A DNA stretch of 64,000 nt from Octopus vulgaris (Eukaryota): NCBI GenBank assembly GCA_951406725.2, contig OX597825.1, positions 19,034,001 through 19,098,000 of the forward strand. The letters are read 5' to 3'. Made by a program: the position numbers and the translations under genes. Shown in pieces: positions 24,613-41,121 of this stretch. Below the pieces are notes generated by a model that saw only the letters and a list, made by a program, of their open reading frames with translations, had not been told where the DNA came from and ran no database searches. Numbering within the stretch: the stretch's first letter is position 1; every line of letters starts with the position of its first letter.

Positions 24613-26133
24613 ATATGTATATATATGTACGTGTATATATATATATTTTATATATATATGTGTGTGTGTGTATATATATATATATAAATATGATGGACTC
24701 TCCAATCGAAGATGGCGTTTGAGTGTACAGCTTTTGCTGAAAACCTGTACAAACGATTTGTTTATAGTGATCAAACGTTCGTGCCACAAATTAGCTCATT
24801 CTCTCCAGCAAATCGACGTTGTCTGACCAGGTGAACTGTGTACCAGGCGTCAAGGCATTGAAACATTCTAACCACCAGGTCTTGCGTCTTTGAGTGAACC
24901 GAAATTTTAATTTTTGTATCTTTTGTATATATTCCTCTCATTAAAGTAGATGAACTTTTCAGACAGTTCTATACTATTAGTATCCTATCAGCTGATACCG
25001 AACCCAAAATATATCAGCATTAAATTAATCGTTGTATTATACTTGAAGTATCTTTGTGACATAGTCTGTACTAAAAGGAAAGGGGTTGTTCAAATCCCTT
25101 AAATTCATTTTAAACTAAGACTCTGACTCCTTCAATCACATTGATTACGTAAACATTCATTTGATTTCCTTAGTGAAACAGGTTTTTGTTTCCGCGCGTT
25201 TAGCAGATATATTCCTTTCACTGCTCTAACTGCTACCAATTGAAGCCAAACACGCTCGGAATCACGCCACACCGTCTTAAATACAGAAACCATTGCACAA
25301 AGGGAAAATTGATACTCACAATGACATGACGATCACAAATGGATCAGTCTCGATCAAGAATTACATTGAACTAAACGACGGTCATGTTATTTTGTTAGTC
25401 TAATTTTCGCCTTTATTATACATTGAAGGCCACAATCAAATACATAAGATATAACAATTGATTACAACCTCATAATGGACGATCTGATGGCTTAACTACT
25501 ACGGCTTTTGACATGCACTAGTTTGTATGTGCTTAGATAGACAAGTCATTCGCTCTGAAATGTGTTAGAGTACTTTTGTATGAAAGGGTATAGGAAACAA
25601 TGTTGGGGGAAAATTTAAAGAGTGTATGTTATAAGAGAGGGAAGACAGTTGCTCATTTGTGGAAGATACACAGAAAAGTATCTGAGAGAGAAAACGGGCA
25701 ATTATCCACCATTGCTAAACAATGTAAATTAGAAGACTATTAAATGAAGATTATTGCTGCTGTGTCTGAAATTTATTTATGGCCATATAAATAATAAAAT
25801 TGGATCTTGTCGGTCTAGATTTATTGCTGTTTTATGTAACTTAGTTGGGATATTATAGATGAGTTATTGTCAAGGATGGTGAAATATTAGCTAAGCAGCC
25901 TCGGTTCTTGAATCATTATGAATGCAGACATATGTTTGTGGTTTATACAGTTAACTTTACCTAGGCCTTTCAGCATAGTTGGGAATATTTAAATGTGCTT
26001 ACAGCTGTAGCTGTTGGTATGATTTGCCTTTACTTCATACTTAAAACTTCGATGAAGCAAATATGTTATCAGATGCATTGCAGCTTCCCGAATGTTTCAT
26101 TTAGACTATATTTCTTGAATTTTCTTCAATTTA

Positions 26134-26337
26134 AAGGCGGCGAGCTGGCAGAAACTTTAGGTGAAATGCTTAGCAGTATTTCGTCTGCCGCTACGTTCTG
26201 AGTTCAAATTCCGCGAGGTCGACTTTGCCTTTCATCCTTTCGGGGTCGTACTGGGGTCGATGTAATCGACTTAATCCGTTTGTCTGTCCTTTTTTGTCCC
26301 CTCTGTGTGTAGACCCATGTGGGCAGTAAAGAAATAT
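26134..26337 (+). mobile_element. SINE family A
   Basis: AGGCGGCGAGCTGGCAGAA head and family core. Confidence 0.85.
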
Positions 26338-26409
26338 TTCTTGAATTTTATTGTTCAATTTTATTTTAAGTTGTTACATTGTGCTCTGGGGTGACGGGAA
26401 GTTAAGCCT

Positions 26410-27250
26410 CACCGTTCTAGAGTTCTGGAAGAATCACTATAACATCGTGATATACCTCAGAATTATCGATATGGCCTGGATAGGTGTTACAAAGAGGGCC
26501 TTGACTTCTGCATGGGAGAAGCTGTAGCCTGAAGCTGTCTCTGAAACGGACTTTGAAAAACTCGAACTTGAAGTGGCAGTGGTGGAGAAGATTGCATCCC
26601 TCAGCAAGCCCATTGGCCTGGACATGGATAAAGGTGACATCAACGAGCTCATCGATGTTCAATCCGAGGAGCTAAAGAAGCTACAGATGCAGCAGCGCAT
26701 GGAGGTATCGCAAGAAATAGGCGACGTGGAGGAGGTGGAGGAGGTTATCTCTACAAGTACGATAAAGGAAATGTTGAGAATGTGGGAGAAACTTTCAGAT
26801 TTATTGAAAAGAACACCCAGAAAATGACGGAACTGGACGTGAGACGGCGTTGTTCAATTACACTTGACACACTCATTTCAGAAACGTGCTGAAATGGAGG
26901 GATGAAACAGACCTCTTTGGATAGGTTTTTCTCGAAAAGTCCTGCAGATGAAAGTGAGAGAAGCGTGCCGAAATGGGCAAAAATCGGCGAATAAGATTCA
27001 GTTATTCAGTTCAGCTTTTCTCCTCCACCACTGTCGGCATCATCAAGCCGTCTGATCTCCAAGGTAAATGCTGCATATTTTTCTTAACAAAACCAGTTTA
27101 TTGCAGTACATTCTATTGTATTGTTTTTTTTTATTGAATATTAGTTATTTATAAGTGCATTTTTCTTATTTAAAATACTTAAAAAAGTTGCGGAGTATTG
27201 TGGGGTGCCCGGAACAGATTAATGACATCACAATTAATTTCAATGGGGAT
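26410..27250 (+). mobile_element. Tigger/pogo-like DNA transposon remnant (transposase C-terminus and 3' region)
   Basis: Translation EFWKNHYNIVIYLRIIDMAWIGVTKRALTSAWEKL*PE...VEKIASLSKPIGLDMDKGDINELID resembles TIGD/Tigger C-termini; sub-terminal GGAACAGATTAATG..ATTTCAATGGGG. Confidence 0.7.
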
Positions 27251-27261
27251 AAGTGATTGCC

Positions 27262-27322
<61 letters not shown>

Positions 27323-28247
27323 CATACATACATACATACATACGAGTAATTTGAGTCAGGTGTGTATTTGCATATGCCCTCCACTTTCTCTTGCCAACAG
27401 GTGTTATTTTGTTTAGATCACTGCAACTTAGTGGTTCGACAAAATAAAAATGATAGAATATACACCAGGCTTTCGAAAGAAAATAAGTACTGCAGTCGAT
27501 TTCTTCGTCTAAATACCTCAAGGCGCTACCCCCAAAATGGCAGCCGTTGTACTGCTGAAACATGTACAAGGTAGAACGTAAAGTTACGCCCAGCAGGATC
27601 TCTATGGCTTCTGTCTCAAATTTAGCCTTATTCATTAATATATATGATAAAAACTTTATCCTGAAGACGCTGGTACATAATTCATTCTTATCTCGTATAT
27701 TTTTTGACCAAATCCTGTTTTTATCACAAGATAATGGTTTATATGTAGACAGTTAATGAAAATAAGAGAAACAGTATTAAAAATATATCCAGACAAAGCC
27801 TGACATATGCTTTTCATTTCAATCTGCTATTAATTGATTTAGTTGATATTATATCGTTTATATGTTACATGCAAAGAGATTACGTACATCTTAGATTCAA
27901 ATTTTCTTAAGATCGTGAGCGTGCGCGTTAATTTGTCTGTGTGTTTGATGGTGTGCGTGTGTGCATGTTTGTGTATTTGTGTGCGTTTGTGTGTGTGTGT
28001 TTGCGTGAGTGAGTTTGCGTATCTGTGTATGTTTGTGTGTGAGTGTGTTTGTGTGTATTTATGTATGTGTCTGTGTGTCTTGCTGTGTGTGTGTGTATAT
28101 AGGCGTGTTTGTGAAACCAGCTAACTACATTCCGTGTAGCTGTTGGTCAGAAGCGGGTTTTTATATTGTTTTGTAGTTATACGTTTGCAAAGATTTAAAC
28201 TTAATGCATTTAGTTTTTAATCTATTTAAGACAGTGCATATACTCTT

Positions 28248-28866
<619 letters not shown>

Positions 28867-29394
28867 ACAAGTAGTGATGTTTCTTTTTTGTGTTTTTTGC
28901 TATACTTTTCGAGATATAGATATCATGATGTAATGTTTTCGTTGGTGCAATTCAAAGAATGGTAAAATTTGTCATGCGTGTCTTCAAATTGATCGGTTTA
29001 TCAGAGATGAACCAGAATGTTATGGAAACGCACTATGTTTAGATATTGTCGTGTGTATAAAACGTTGGTCGAGTATGAGGAATTTTAAGAGTTCATAGAT
29101 TTATTTGGGAGCAAACACCTTTCCAATCCGACAACAGCGATTTGTTCCGGAGAGTATCAAAGACAGTCAAGTTACAAAAGAGAACTAATGAAAAAAAGAA
29201 ATAGTTCACAACGATTGACAGGTAATTGAATTATTTATCTCGAAAATGATGAAGGCAAAGCTCACTTCGGTAGTATTTGAATCTAGATCGCCATTAGCCG
29301 GAACGATTATCGTTAATTGATATATTTCCAGCATTCTAACAAGCCTGACAATTTGCCTGCATATATGCGATTGTGCGTGTGTGTGCATGTACGC

Positions 29395-29785
<391 letters not shown>

Positions 29786-30628
29786 AAAGAAAATGGAGAC
29801 TGTATAGACTGGATAGACACGCATGGACTCAGGTAATACAAATTCTGATTCTTTAAACGCAGTATGTAACCCTTGAGAATGCTCAGTGTATCGATCAATA
29901 AGCGCTGTCATGGTTTTTACATTTGTGTGGATTAAACAAACCAGAAGAATGGATTCATACATACATCATAAAGAAAATATGGAATGTTTACCACTAATTA
30001 TCCTGCTTGTCATCTTGATATTGAGCTAAAGTGATTTATAAACAAAATATAATTATTCGTTCGGATTCACAATATAAAACATTTGCAAACATCACGAGTG
30101 GATTTCGTACAAATTTAACAATAATGGACGAGAGTTTGCACATGACTTATAACAATAGGGGAAAATTCTTCAAGCAGTCTCTACTGCAGGACTATCATAG
30201 ATACTAATATGTCCCATGATGACGACGAAATATATTGTCATCAGAGGACACACAAGGTACGTACATTTAAGTAAAGGTAAGGGGGTCTGTAGCAGAGATA
30301 TATGCATGGAAATAGGAACTGCAATTCCAGTTTATTACAGGATATTTATGCTTTAAAAATTGCACCACAAATTATCGTGAACGTTACTTATACGTACATA
30401 TGGGTATATATGTATATGTAACTATCTATACTATGCATATGTATATATAAGAGTCTATGTGTGTGTATGTGCGTGTAATAGAGTTGTATAGATCTATAAG
30501 TATACGTAAAAAAATATATATGTATGTGTGTGTGTATGTATGTATATTCCTTTATATGCCTATATATATAAATACATATAAATATAGTAATATGTATGTA
30601 TATATGGAAGAATATATATATATATCTG

Positions 30629-30671
<43 letters not shown>

Positions 30672-30721
30672 ATACATATATATATATATATATATAATAT
30701 ATATATATATATACATATATA

Positions 30722-30764
<43 letters not shown>

Positions 30765-32028
30765 ACGTATGCGCAAACATGTATGCATATATAACTATAT
30801 ATGCATGTGTATGTATATCTCGTAGATATGGGCGAACGAGTGTATATATGAACATATGTATGTGCTAATGTGTGTGCTTGAAATTTGAACTAGATGCTAT
30901 CGAGTATCACTTAAATTTCATTTCCCTTTTCCTTGTCCCTCCTTCAACTGGTGAATGATATCCTTGAGATGGTTTTGCTTTCAGCGTCGCAGCATTTCTG
31001 ACCAGCTGTTACAGTTTGTCAGACAAATTGATTACTTATTCCACATTCATGCTATGTTTGAAGTGCTATGTACTTTATTTAGCATTCTTGGAATGTTACG
31101 AAAAGTATTTGTAGGAATATATTTAGAATCTGATCTACAAAACAAAAAAAAAAAAAAAAGAAGAAGAACTATAATTGTAAGAGAAAAAGAAAGGACAGTT
31201 CTAACTCTATATCCTTGCGGTGACTCATACAGTGCAAATTATCGTAACCGCATTGGACTAAATTTAATTTGCTGTCGAAATACATATTGAGCAAAATGCT
31301 ACGATTATCAAAGAAAAATAAAAAAAATGTCTTCACGGATGCAGTTATCCTTCTGCCTAGTAGTATCTTCAATTTATCTTAGGTTACTTGCAATAATTCC
31401 AACACGTAAAATTTAAATAACTATGATCAATATAAATATTCAAAAAATATTCACGCTATTATTTTTTCTTCAAATCTGGATTTATTTTTCATTAATACGA
31501 ATTTACGAAATTAATCTATTAAAAAAAAATATTAATATAGATTTATATGTTGAACTATTTATATCTATATTCCAATCTATATATTCCAATCTATAAATTC
31601 AACTATAGTGACTTTGGCTATAGAAAAAGAGATTGGATCCTGATGAAGTGTGGTAATAGTTATTAGATTTGCAGTTCCTTGGGGTTTAGCATCTGCTGCT
31701 CACAGCAATGTCTCTTTAAATTAAGTAACTGATACCCGCACACATGCATACATAGACAGATATAGATAGATATAAAGACATTATAATAACATGTATTGGT
31801 ATTAATGTCTATAGGCACTAATACATATGTTATATACATGTCTATAGATGTGCGTTTACGAATACAGTTATACAACTATATACTCTCGTGTTTGCATATA
31901 GAAATATATAAGTGTATGTATCCGTGTATGTATGTATGATATATACATATATATGAGCGTGTGTGTGTATATGTACGTATATATATATGCACGTATATAT
32001 GTATGTATATATAATATAAATGATATAT

Positions 32029-32093
<65 letters not shown>

Positions 32094-32399
32094 CATATGG
32101 ACTGCCTTTAGAGACCTTCTCCATGTGGATTCCGTTTTATATACACGGCAACGAGAAATGCGTCTATGACGTCCGTTGTCCATAAGATTCTGGTTCATCA
32201 CTGCTTTGGGGTGTAAATAGACTGGCTCTATAAGAAAATGATATCAAATTTAAATGATGGACGTAAGGTTTCTTCAGGGTTCTGAACAGTGTTATATTAT
32301 CAATGGAGCAAGAAAACAAGAGTTCTTATACTTGGTTTAGTAGGGAAGAACTCGTTCGGTCCAGCAGTTTTCTCTCACGGTATCGTAAAATGATATCGT

Positions 32400-32633
32400 A
32401 AGGCGGCGAGCTGGTAGAATCGTTAGGACGGTGGGCGAAATGCTTAGCGGTATTTCGTATGCCATTACGTTGTGAGTTCAAATCCCGCCGAGGTCGACTT
32501 TGCCTTTCATCCTTTCGGGGTCGATAAATTAAGTACCAGTTACACACTGGAGTCGATGTAATCGACTTAATATCTATGTCTGTCCTTGTTTGTCCCCTCT
32601 ATGTTTAGCCCCTTGTGGGTAATAAAGAAATAG
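32400..32633 (+). mobile_element. SINE family A, full length
   Basis: Head to AAAGAAATAG tail; GGTATCGTAAAATGAT occurs before (32379) and after (32633) it, a probable TSD. Confidence 0.9.
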
Positions 32634-33129
32634 GTATCGTAAAATGATTTCGTCATTAAACTTAAAACATGAGAAGGCCTTGCTGCAGAGGGATCTACCT
32701 GGTGCAGTATTAGGAATAACAGTGTTAACGTTTAAATTGAGCAGAGAAAGATCAGAAAATTCCAATGCTTGGAGAACAAAATAATAATAATATTAATAAT
32801 GATAATAATAATATGTCACATTTGCAAAGGAAAGAAAAAGAAATAAATGGAAATGACAAAGAACTCTCAACCATTCCAAAAGAGATGACAAGGAACATAA
32901 TGTATATGAACGAAAAAAAAAAAATTAACACACACAAACATACACATTGCGCAGGGACGCACGCATGCACATACGTGCAGACGCACACACGTATATTGTT
33001 CTTCTCGTAAGCACATAAGTGACACGAAATAAATCATTTTTAAGGGTATTAATCGAAATGGATGTGGCTATAAATATTAGTTGCTTCATGTAACATCGTT
33101 CAAGCTGTTTTTTTTTGTCTCTCACTGTT

Positions 33130-33300
33130 TTTGTTTTTGTGTTTCTCTCTCACACCATTTTTTTTTTCTTCTCAACAATTTCTAGCGATAAGCCGAGGCT
33201 CGAAACGTCATAAACTTTTCCATCCTTCCCATGTTTCAAACTAATACACCTGTTTGTATTTCCTTCATCAGTCTTCATCTTTCGTTTTCTGTAAATTTTA
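33130..33300 (+). mobile_element. Degenerate family H2 element
   Basis: AGCCGAGGCTCGAAACGTCA and downstream CTAATACA..TGTTTGTATTTCC similar to the reverse complement of 28465-28600; core box decayed. Confidence 0.5.
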
Positions 33301-33411
33301 GATATGTGTGTGTGTATGAGTGTGCTTGGGTGAAGAAATAGTGATGCACATAAACACACACACACACACACATTTTATCTCTCTCTCTCTCTATGTATAT
33401 ATATATATGTA

Positions 33412-33493
<82 letters not shown>

Positions 33494-33742
33494 CAAAATA
33501 TATCCAAGGTAATGTGGTACGATCGTTTCATGCTACTTCATTTTAGTAAACACTGTAAGCATTACATCAGTTTTAAAATGTCGAGCAATCTTCAGCATCC
33601 TATAGAAATTTTCCAATCAAACGGACAATGCACATTCTTATCCCTATTTCGTTTGCCAACATTATAAAGAGGTAGATATACAGACAAAGAGGTTGATTTC
33701 ATTCTTAAGAACATGATAGTATTAAATCTACTCTCTGACTTA

Positions 33743-33990
33743 TCTGGCTTCCGTGCCGGTTGCACGTAAAATGCACCAATCCGATCGTGGCCGTTGCCAG
33801 CCTCGCCTGGCACCTGTGCCGGTTGCACGTAAAAAGCACCCACTACACTCACGGAGTGGTTGGCGTTAGGAAGTGCATCCAGCTGTAAAAACATTGCCAG
33901 ATAAGACTGGAGCCTGGTGCAGCCTTCTGGCTTCCCAGATCCCCGGTCGACCCGTCCAACCCATGCTAGCATGGAGAACGGACGTTAAAC

Positions 33991-34022
<32 letters not shown>
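33743..34022 (+). mobile_element. SINE fragment (Meta-domain-like) with (GAT)n tail
   Basis: GGCGTTAGGAAGTGCATCCAGCTGTAAAA block, internal duplicated GTGCCGGTTGCACGTAAAA, tail GGACGTTAAAC(GAT)n. Confidence 0.65.
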
Positions 34023-34083
<61 letters not shown>

Positions 34084-34549
34084 AGCCTAAACGTGTTTAT
34101 TTTCATCATGATCTCCAAATCAAAATCCCCGGGATCCCTCTTACACCCACTCCTACATTTCTCCACGCATTCAGTCCTCGATATAAACAACGATATGTAG
34201 GTTCAAATTACTTGAGTACTACTACACGTTTTCTATACTGACTCAATATATGTATTGCTTGAATGCTGTTTGGTACATGCTTGTCAAGTGATAGGATCGC
34301 TTCTTGAATAGAGTAATAAGGTACGTCTTATTCACGGGTCTTCATTCCATGTCACTTTAGTCAAATCCTTTGAAAACTATATTAGTAGCAGTTCGAGGTC
34401 TTATCCGATGACTGACCAGTCTCCACTCCAGGGGAGTGTTTTGTACACTTAGTTTGTTAAAGACCACAAAAAGCTCTGTCCGGTTTAATGGTCCATTAAT
34501 AGTCATATAAATAAGAAGTTGGGGTAAAAGTTGTTGGTTACTATTCGCC

Positions 34550-34711
34550 ATATATATATATATAAGTCTGTGTGTGTGTGTGTGAATGCAAATATATATA
34601 TATATATATATATATGAATATATATATATACTTATATATACATATATACATAAACATATTTATATATGTATATTTATGTTTATATATATATATACATGTA
34701 TATATATATAT

Positions 34712-34783
<72 letters not shown>

Positions 34784-35188
34784 TATACTTATATATGTAT
34801 ATATATATATATATAATATGTATATTTAAATATGTATATATGTATACATATTATAGATACATATACACACACACTCAAACCCTTCTCTAATAAACATCAT
34901 CTCTATAACTAGTTAACCATTTCTTTTCACAATTCCCCCTCACACCCATGACATGTGATTCTCTTTTTCTGTCTCTTTAGTTGTATTTATTCAGAATCAC
35001 GTCATTTTAATCATCCCCGAAGCACACATTTTATTAACTTACGTTTGCCTTCAGAACGATATCCATTCTCATACGCCATTTTCCATCTACGCTTAGATAA
35101 ACATATACACACATGCAAATTCATGCATGCATATGTACACTTATAATTATACACACACATATATATATATACATATGTGTGTGTGTGA

Positions 35189-35234
<46 letters not shown>

Positions 35235-35302
35235 TATATATGTGTGAATGTGTGTTTGTGTGCGTGAATGTACGTATGCGTGATATATCTGAGTGTGCAT
35301 AC

Positions 35303-35352
<50 letters not shown>

Positions 35353-35390
35353 GTATATATATATATAGATAGATATATATGTGTATATAT

Positions 35391-35436
<46 letters not shown>

Positions 35437-35491
35437 ATATATATATGTATATATGTATATATATATATATATATATACATATATATGTATG

Positions 35492-35526
<35 letters not shown>

Positions 35527-35625
35527 GTAGATATCTATATACACACACATGCACTCAGATACATTCACGCATACGTACATTCACGCACACACACACACAT
35601 ATATATATACACACATATATATATA

Positions 35626-35672
<47 letters not shown>

Positions 35673-35770
35673 ATACTGACAGAAACGCATATACGTGTAT
35701 ATTCATACACAGGTGTGTGTGTTTGTGTGCGTGCGTGTGTGTGTTTGTGTATATATATATTTATGTATGC
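34550..35770. repeat. Extended degenerate (TA)n/(TG)n microsatellite region
   Basis: Directly visible. Confidence 0.9.
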
Positions 35771-36273
35771 GTGTATTGCTGATCAATCAGCAAACAGCTG
35801 TTTCTGATATAATGCTGTGCAATTGACTAAATTTTGGTTGATTCCCAGCGAAGTGTAAAGGAAACGAATAAAATAAATGAATATATATCATAAAAACAAA
35901 AAAAAAAAAAATATATAGAAATCAATATAAGCAGGAAAGAAAATTCGGTGAAAATACAAAAAAAAAAAAAAAAAGAATAAGTAACCAAATAAATGACAAC
36001 GTCGCTCTTTCTTAACGTTTCATTCGTTCATTCATTCACTCTTTTTCTTCTTCTCTCTCACCCATGCTTTTTGTTTTTATTTTGTTTTTTGTTTTTTTCT
36101 TTGGTCTTTGTCTTTTAACTATTCGATAAATCTATGGCTCCTAACTACCTCCATTAATAATACTCTAACAATCTCAACCTAATTTGATTTCTTGATTTCT
36201 CACTGCATTTATCAAGAAAAGTTCAGAAATATTACAACGAAGGAATAAGTAATAGAACATTCATTTACATGGA

Positions 36274-36340
<67 letters not shown>

Positions 36341-36364
36341 GTTATTATTATTATCATCATCATC

Positions 36365-36407
<43 letters not shown>

Positions 36408-36425
36408 GTGATAATAATAATAGTG

Positions 36426-36477
<52 letters not shown>

Positions 36478-36512
36478 GAATAATAAGAATAATAATAAGA
36501 ATAATAATAATA
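36274..36512. repeat. (ATT)n followed by (AAT)n trinucleotide repeat
   Basis: Directly visible. Confidence 0.95.
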
Positions 36513-36922
<410 letters not shown>

Positions 36923-37080
36923 GGTACATGGAACAAATAGGGGCTGCAACAAGGGTGGCGCGCTTGCAGAAAGCAGCATTGCTTGGAACCGCTCGAATAC
37001 TGCGGATGGTGCTCGAAAAATAAGTTCACTGTGAACAGCTGACATCGTGGTACATCTCCAGCGTTAGAAGCTGTGCAAAA
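36923..37080 (+). mobile_element. Second R4/Dong-like 3' end fragment
   Basis: LQKAALLGTARILRMVLEK* (36964-37023) between (AAT)n tracts. Confidence 0.7.
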
Positions 37081-37151
37081 ACAATAAAAACAATAACAAC
37101 AACAATAAAACAATAATAATTAGAATAATAATAATAATAATAATGATAATT

Positions 37152-37872
37152 GAGGAGGAGTGACCTGAAGATAGAGACTGATGCACTCAGATGCGCAGCT
37201 CAGGAACAAGCGTTATGGAACAATTATATGAAATGCAGAATAGACAACACTGCCGATAGGGACAAATGCAGAATGTGTGGTGAGAGGAGTGAAATGGTAT
37301 GACTCATCGTTAGCAAATGCCTTAAATTGGCAGAACGCGAATACAAAAGATGCCATGACAATGTGGCAAGAATAATCCATTGGGAGCTCTGTCGAAATCA
37401 CGGCCTACAAAGAGCAAAGAGGTAGTATGTACAAACTCTTGAAGGAGTCACCGAAAATGAAATCACCCGACCAGACATCGGAAACCGGACGTTGTGGTGG
37501 TAAATAAAAAAGACAGACAATGCATGCCCCCGTGAGAACAGCTTGAATGCGAAAGAAGGAGAAAAAATATAAAAAATCTATGAAGATTTGAAGTTGAAAA
37601 TACGAAGGTTGTGGTCAATGAAATGAGTAAACGTGATAACAGTAGTAATTAGTGCACTTGGAAGCCTCAGCACTCAACTACCGGCATGGCTGAAAAAGAT
37701 TGGAGCAAGTGTGAAGGTAGGACACCTACAAAAATCAGCATTACTCGGAACTGTAAGAATTCTTCGCAGTGTTCTTGACGCACGACCAGTTAACAAGCGT
37801 CGCCTTACACTGCTGGCTGTGGACAGTTGACACTTTCCATCATATCCAGCAAAATAAGCTGTGAGTTTTCAT
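37152..37872 (+). mobile_element. Third R4/Dong-like fragment (zinc knuckle and RLE domain, degenerate)
   Basis: AAQEQAL, KCRMCGERSEMV*LIVSKC, KRCHDNVARIIHWELC, RKPDVVVV, LQKSALLGTVRILRSVLD. Confidence 0.8.
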
Positions 37873-38149
37873 ATAATAATAATCCTTTTGTCTAAAAGCA
37901 CTAGGCCTGAAATTTGCGGGCAGCTGACTCGTCAATTACATCGAACCCAGTATTTCACCGGTACTTAATTTATCGATCATGATAGGATGAAAGGCAAAGT
38001 CCACTGATTGTAAGACTTGGTACCTAGATGTTAAATATCGTGTAAGATACTTAACACTAAGTTACCATCCTCAAGTTCTCTTCTGTCCTTAATAGAGCAG
38101 CTTTTCGTGCATGCTAAAACTCTAGTATTATTATTATTATCATTCGTTC

Positions 38150-40470
38150 TTCAATCCTGTCTCTATTTCTTATCGCTTGTCTCAACGACACGTAGGGCAG
38201 AGAAACTCACTGTATACATTGGCAGACCACTAAAATAGAGACACCAGAGTGTCCATTTACAAAGTCATTTGATAGAGAGAAGGAATAAAATGAAAAAAAG
38301 TAAACACCAGTAGCAATCAGCTTTAATACAAACCCACCAAGTACTTTCCATATATCCACCCAATTCTTTTATTCCAGCCTACATATTTTCCTGAGTAACT
38401 ATTTTTTTTTAACAGCAAGGAAAAGAAGATATAAAGGACGTCTTTCCAACAAACCTTTCTCGATTTTTAAATTCATTTTAGCGCTGACCTTCTACATTTA
38501 CTTGACGTTTAGTTCCCATGTGTATTCCATAGATTGTTATAATTTTCCTGCGAGTCAATGTAGCAACGTACCTTCCAAGCTGCAATCACATTTTGAAAAT
38601 CCAAATAAGCTAATTAAATGGGTGTCAAAATCCGACATATTGTAGTATAATATGCGTGAATATAAATATCGGATTTCTACAGCATCGTGATCACCAGTAA
38701 ATTGCCTTATCAGTCCGTAGACCTTCCACTGCAATCCGAATCCTATTTACTGATGACTTTCAATACAATGTTGCCTATTCGTGTTCCCTTCAAATAATTA
38801 CAACATCTTGGATCCGTCCTTTCCTCGCGCCACCTATTTTTATTTCCTTTCAATAAAGACAATGTCTTAGATCCCTTGTTTATGTACCCTAGTCTTTACA
38901 CCAAGGATCTAATACTATTTTACTCCTTTACTTTTTTCAGTCATTTGACTGCGGCTATGCTGGAGTACCGCCTTTAGTCGAGCAAATCGACCCCGGGACT
39001 TATTCTTTGTAAGCCCAGTACTTATTCTATCGGTCTCTTGGTGACGAGGACGTAAACACACCAGCATCGGTTGTCAAGCAACGCTAGGGGGACGAACACA
39101 GACACACAACACACCCACACATACATATATATATATATACACATATATACGACAGGCTTCTTTCAGTTTCCGTCTACCAAATCCACTCACAAGGCATTGG
39201 TCGGCCCGGGGCTATAGCAGAAGACACTTGCCCAAGATGCCGCGCAGTGGGACTGAACCCAGAACCATGTGGTTGGTTAGCAAGCTACTTACCACACAGC
39301 CACTCCTGCGCCTATATGTCCAAATATCTTTTAAACATTCCATATATTAGGGAAGAACTCCAATAATACTTCTACATTTATGTCATTATCTGTTGTTAGC
39401 AAGTCAGGGAAGCCTTTCGTGTTTACAATGTTCAATGACTCTTGATGTTTCTTGCTCCTTTTAGACTTAGACATTTTCAAAGTACTTTAACTTTAAACTA
39501 CATATGAAGGCACTGACATGTTCTCCCGTCTTTATAGTTGAGATTAGCTTTCCACTAGTACTCAACACAGACACCTTGTTATATATAATTACTGTAGCTG
39601 TAATCTTATTTATTATTCCATAAACTTTGGCGATTCTTCCTTCATCGGCATTCATTTCTAACCAATGTTCAGTATGTTTTCATGAACACCTTTTCACCTC
39701 TTTATTTTCCATGTCGCTACAATATTTAACCATTTAAACTTGAAACTCTTTCTTATTCCCTCTAGAAAACTCAACAATTTGCTTTTATTCCTTCCGTACT
39801 ACACATTTCAAGCGAAATCTATTTTTCCATTTTATTCACTTTTTTCTGCCCACAACACAGTTATATTCTTTCTTTCCGTCTTCCCTTCTTCTTTTCTTTC
39901 TTTCTTCCACACGCACCATCGATGGCTCCTTCATATGTAGCTTCAAGCTCTACAAATCTATTTCAATATTCAATAATAAATTCATATATATTTCTAACAT
40001 CATCCAAAATTTCTATAACAAAACATTTAAGTTCATCCTTTTAGCTTTGGCTAACTGAATTATTTCTATAACAAACTTACAGTCATTTCCAGGATCTGTA
40101 ACTCAGTATGTTTTAAAATCTAACAAGGAAGTTTTTACCTTTCCTCTTTATCAAAATATAAACTATTTGATTGCGATACGTTCCTTATCTGCTGATGACC
40201 AAGTATATTTAGCGAAAAATTTGTGTTCGAGAATTAAGGTGTCTTCTTTATGCAGACAAATTTTACACACCTTCATAAACATATTCTAAGTTCATCCATC
40301 TGTGTCTATCCTCTGTTTCTATAGCTTACTCTTACTCTCCGCTTTTGCTTTTCGTTTACCATTGACAAAATGACTGAAAACCTATATAAACGTTACTAGC
40401 ATGGGTTAGACTTGTGTTAGGAACGATATGCAATAGTCAGCACCTCCAATAAGAGATTCAAATATCAATT
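38150..40470 (-). mobile_element. Very degenerate APE-type LINE remnant
   Basis: Minus-strand remnants AKYTWSS (~40190-40212) and QIVYILIK (~40150-40175) resemble AP-endonuclease YTW and QIDYIL motifs; boundaries approximate. Confidence 0.35.
38915..39313 (-). mobile_element. SINE family B, full length
   Basis: Head GGCGCAGGAGTGGCTGTGTGGTAAGTAG to tail CAAATGACTGAAAAAAGTAAAAG on the minus strand. Confidence 0.9.
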
Positions 40471-41027
40471 TTGAATAGGGATCAACTGGTCAAAAACTGC
40501 GAGCTATGCGTCATGTGATAGTGTATTTATGATCACCAACGAATCTCCCAAGGATTTATAGCACCATTATTGAAGAATATATACAAAGAAATAGCACTTA
40601 ACCTCGAGCAAGCAAGAATATTCAGGATATTTTTGATTTTAAATGCAAATAGAAAAATACATATTGAATTTCTGAATAATGAAGATGAATGATAGATGAT
40701 ACAAAATAGTTATATTGGCTCAGGGTTAAACAAGATTTTAAGGGATGGATTATATCATATTTGAAGGCGATACATATTTGATCTGTCAAACAGAATATGG
40801 AGCTTGATGGTTTCGAATTGATTGCAAAAAAATAAAGGTTTCAAGAGCATTATCTAAATGGAAACCTTTAGCTAATGGCTGAATGCTTTTAGGGAAACCT
40901 GGAGTTAAGGAATGCAGCATCGACATTATTGTATCTTAAGCACCTCTTAATATTGCAAATGAATGAGTGAAAGTTAGTTTTGTTTTCTTCTGTTGATCCT
41001 ACATATAATGGAACATAAAACCATATG

Positions 41028-41121
<94 letters not shown>

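Noticed and set aside
40192-40217. CTGATGA...GAAA match to hammerhead core boxes
   Set aside because: No pairing stem II or stem I; probably a chance match within a LINE remnant.
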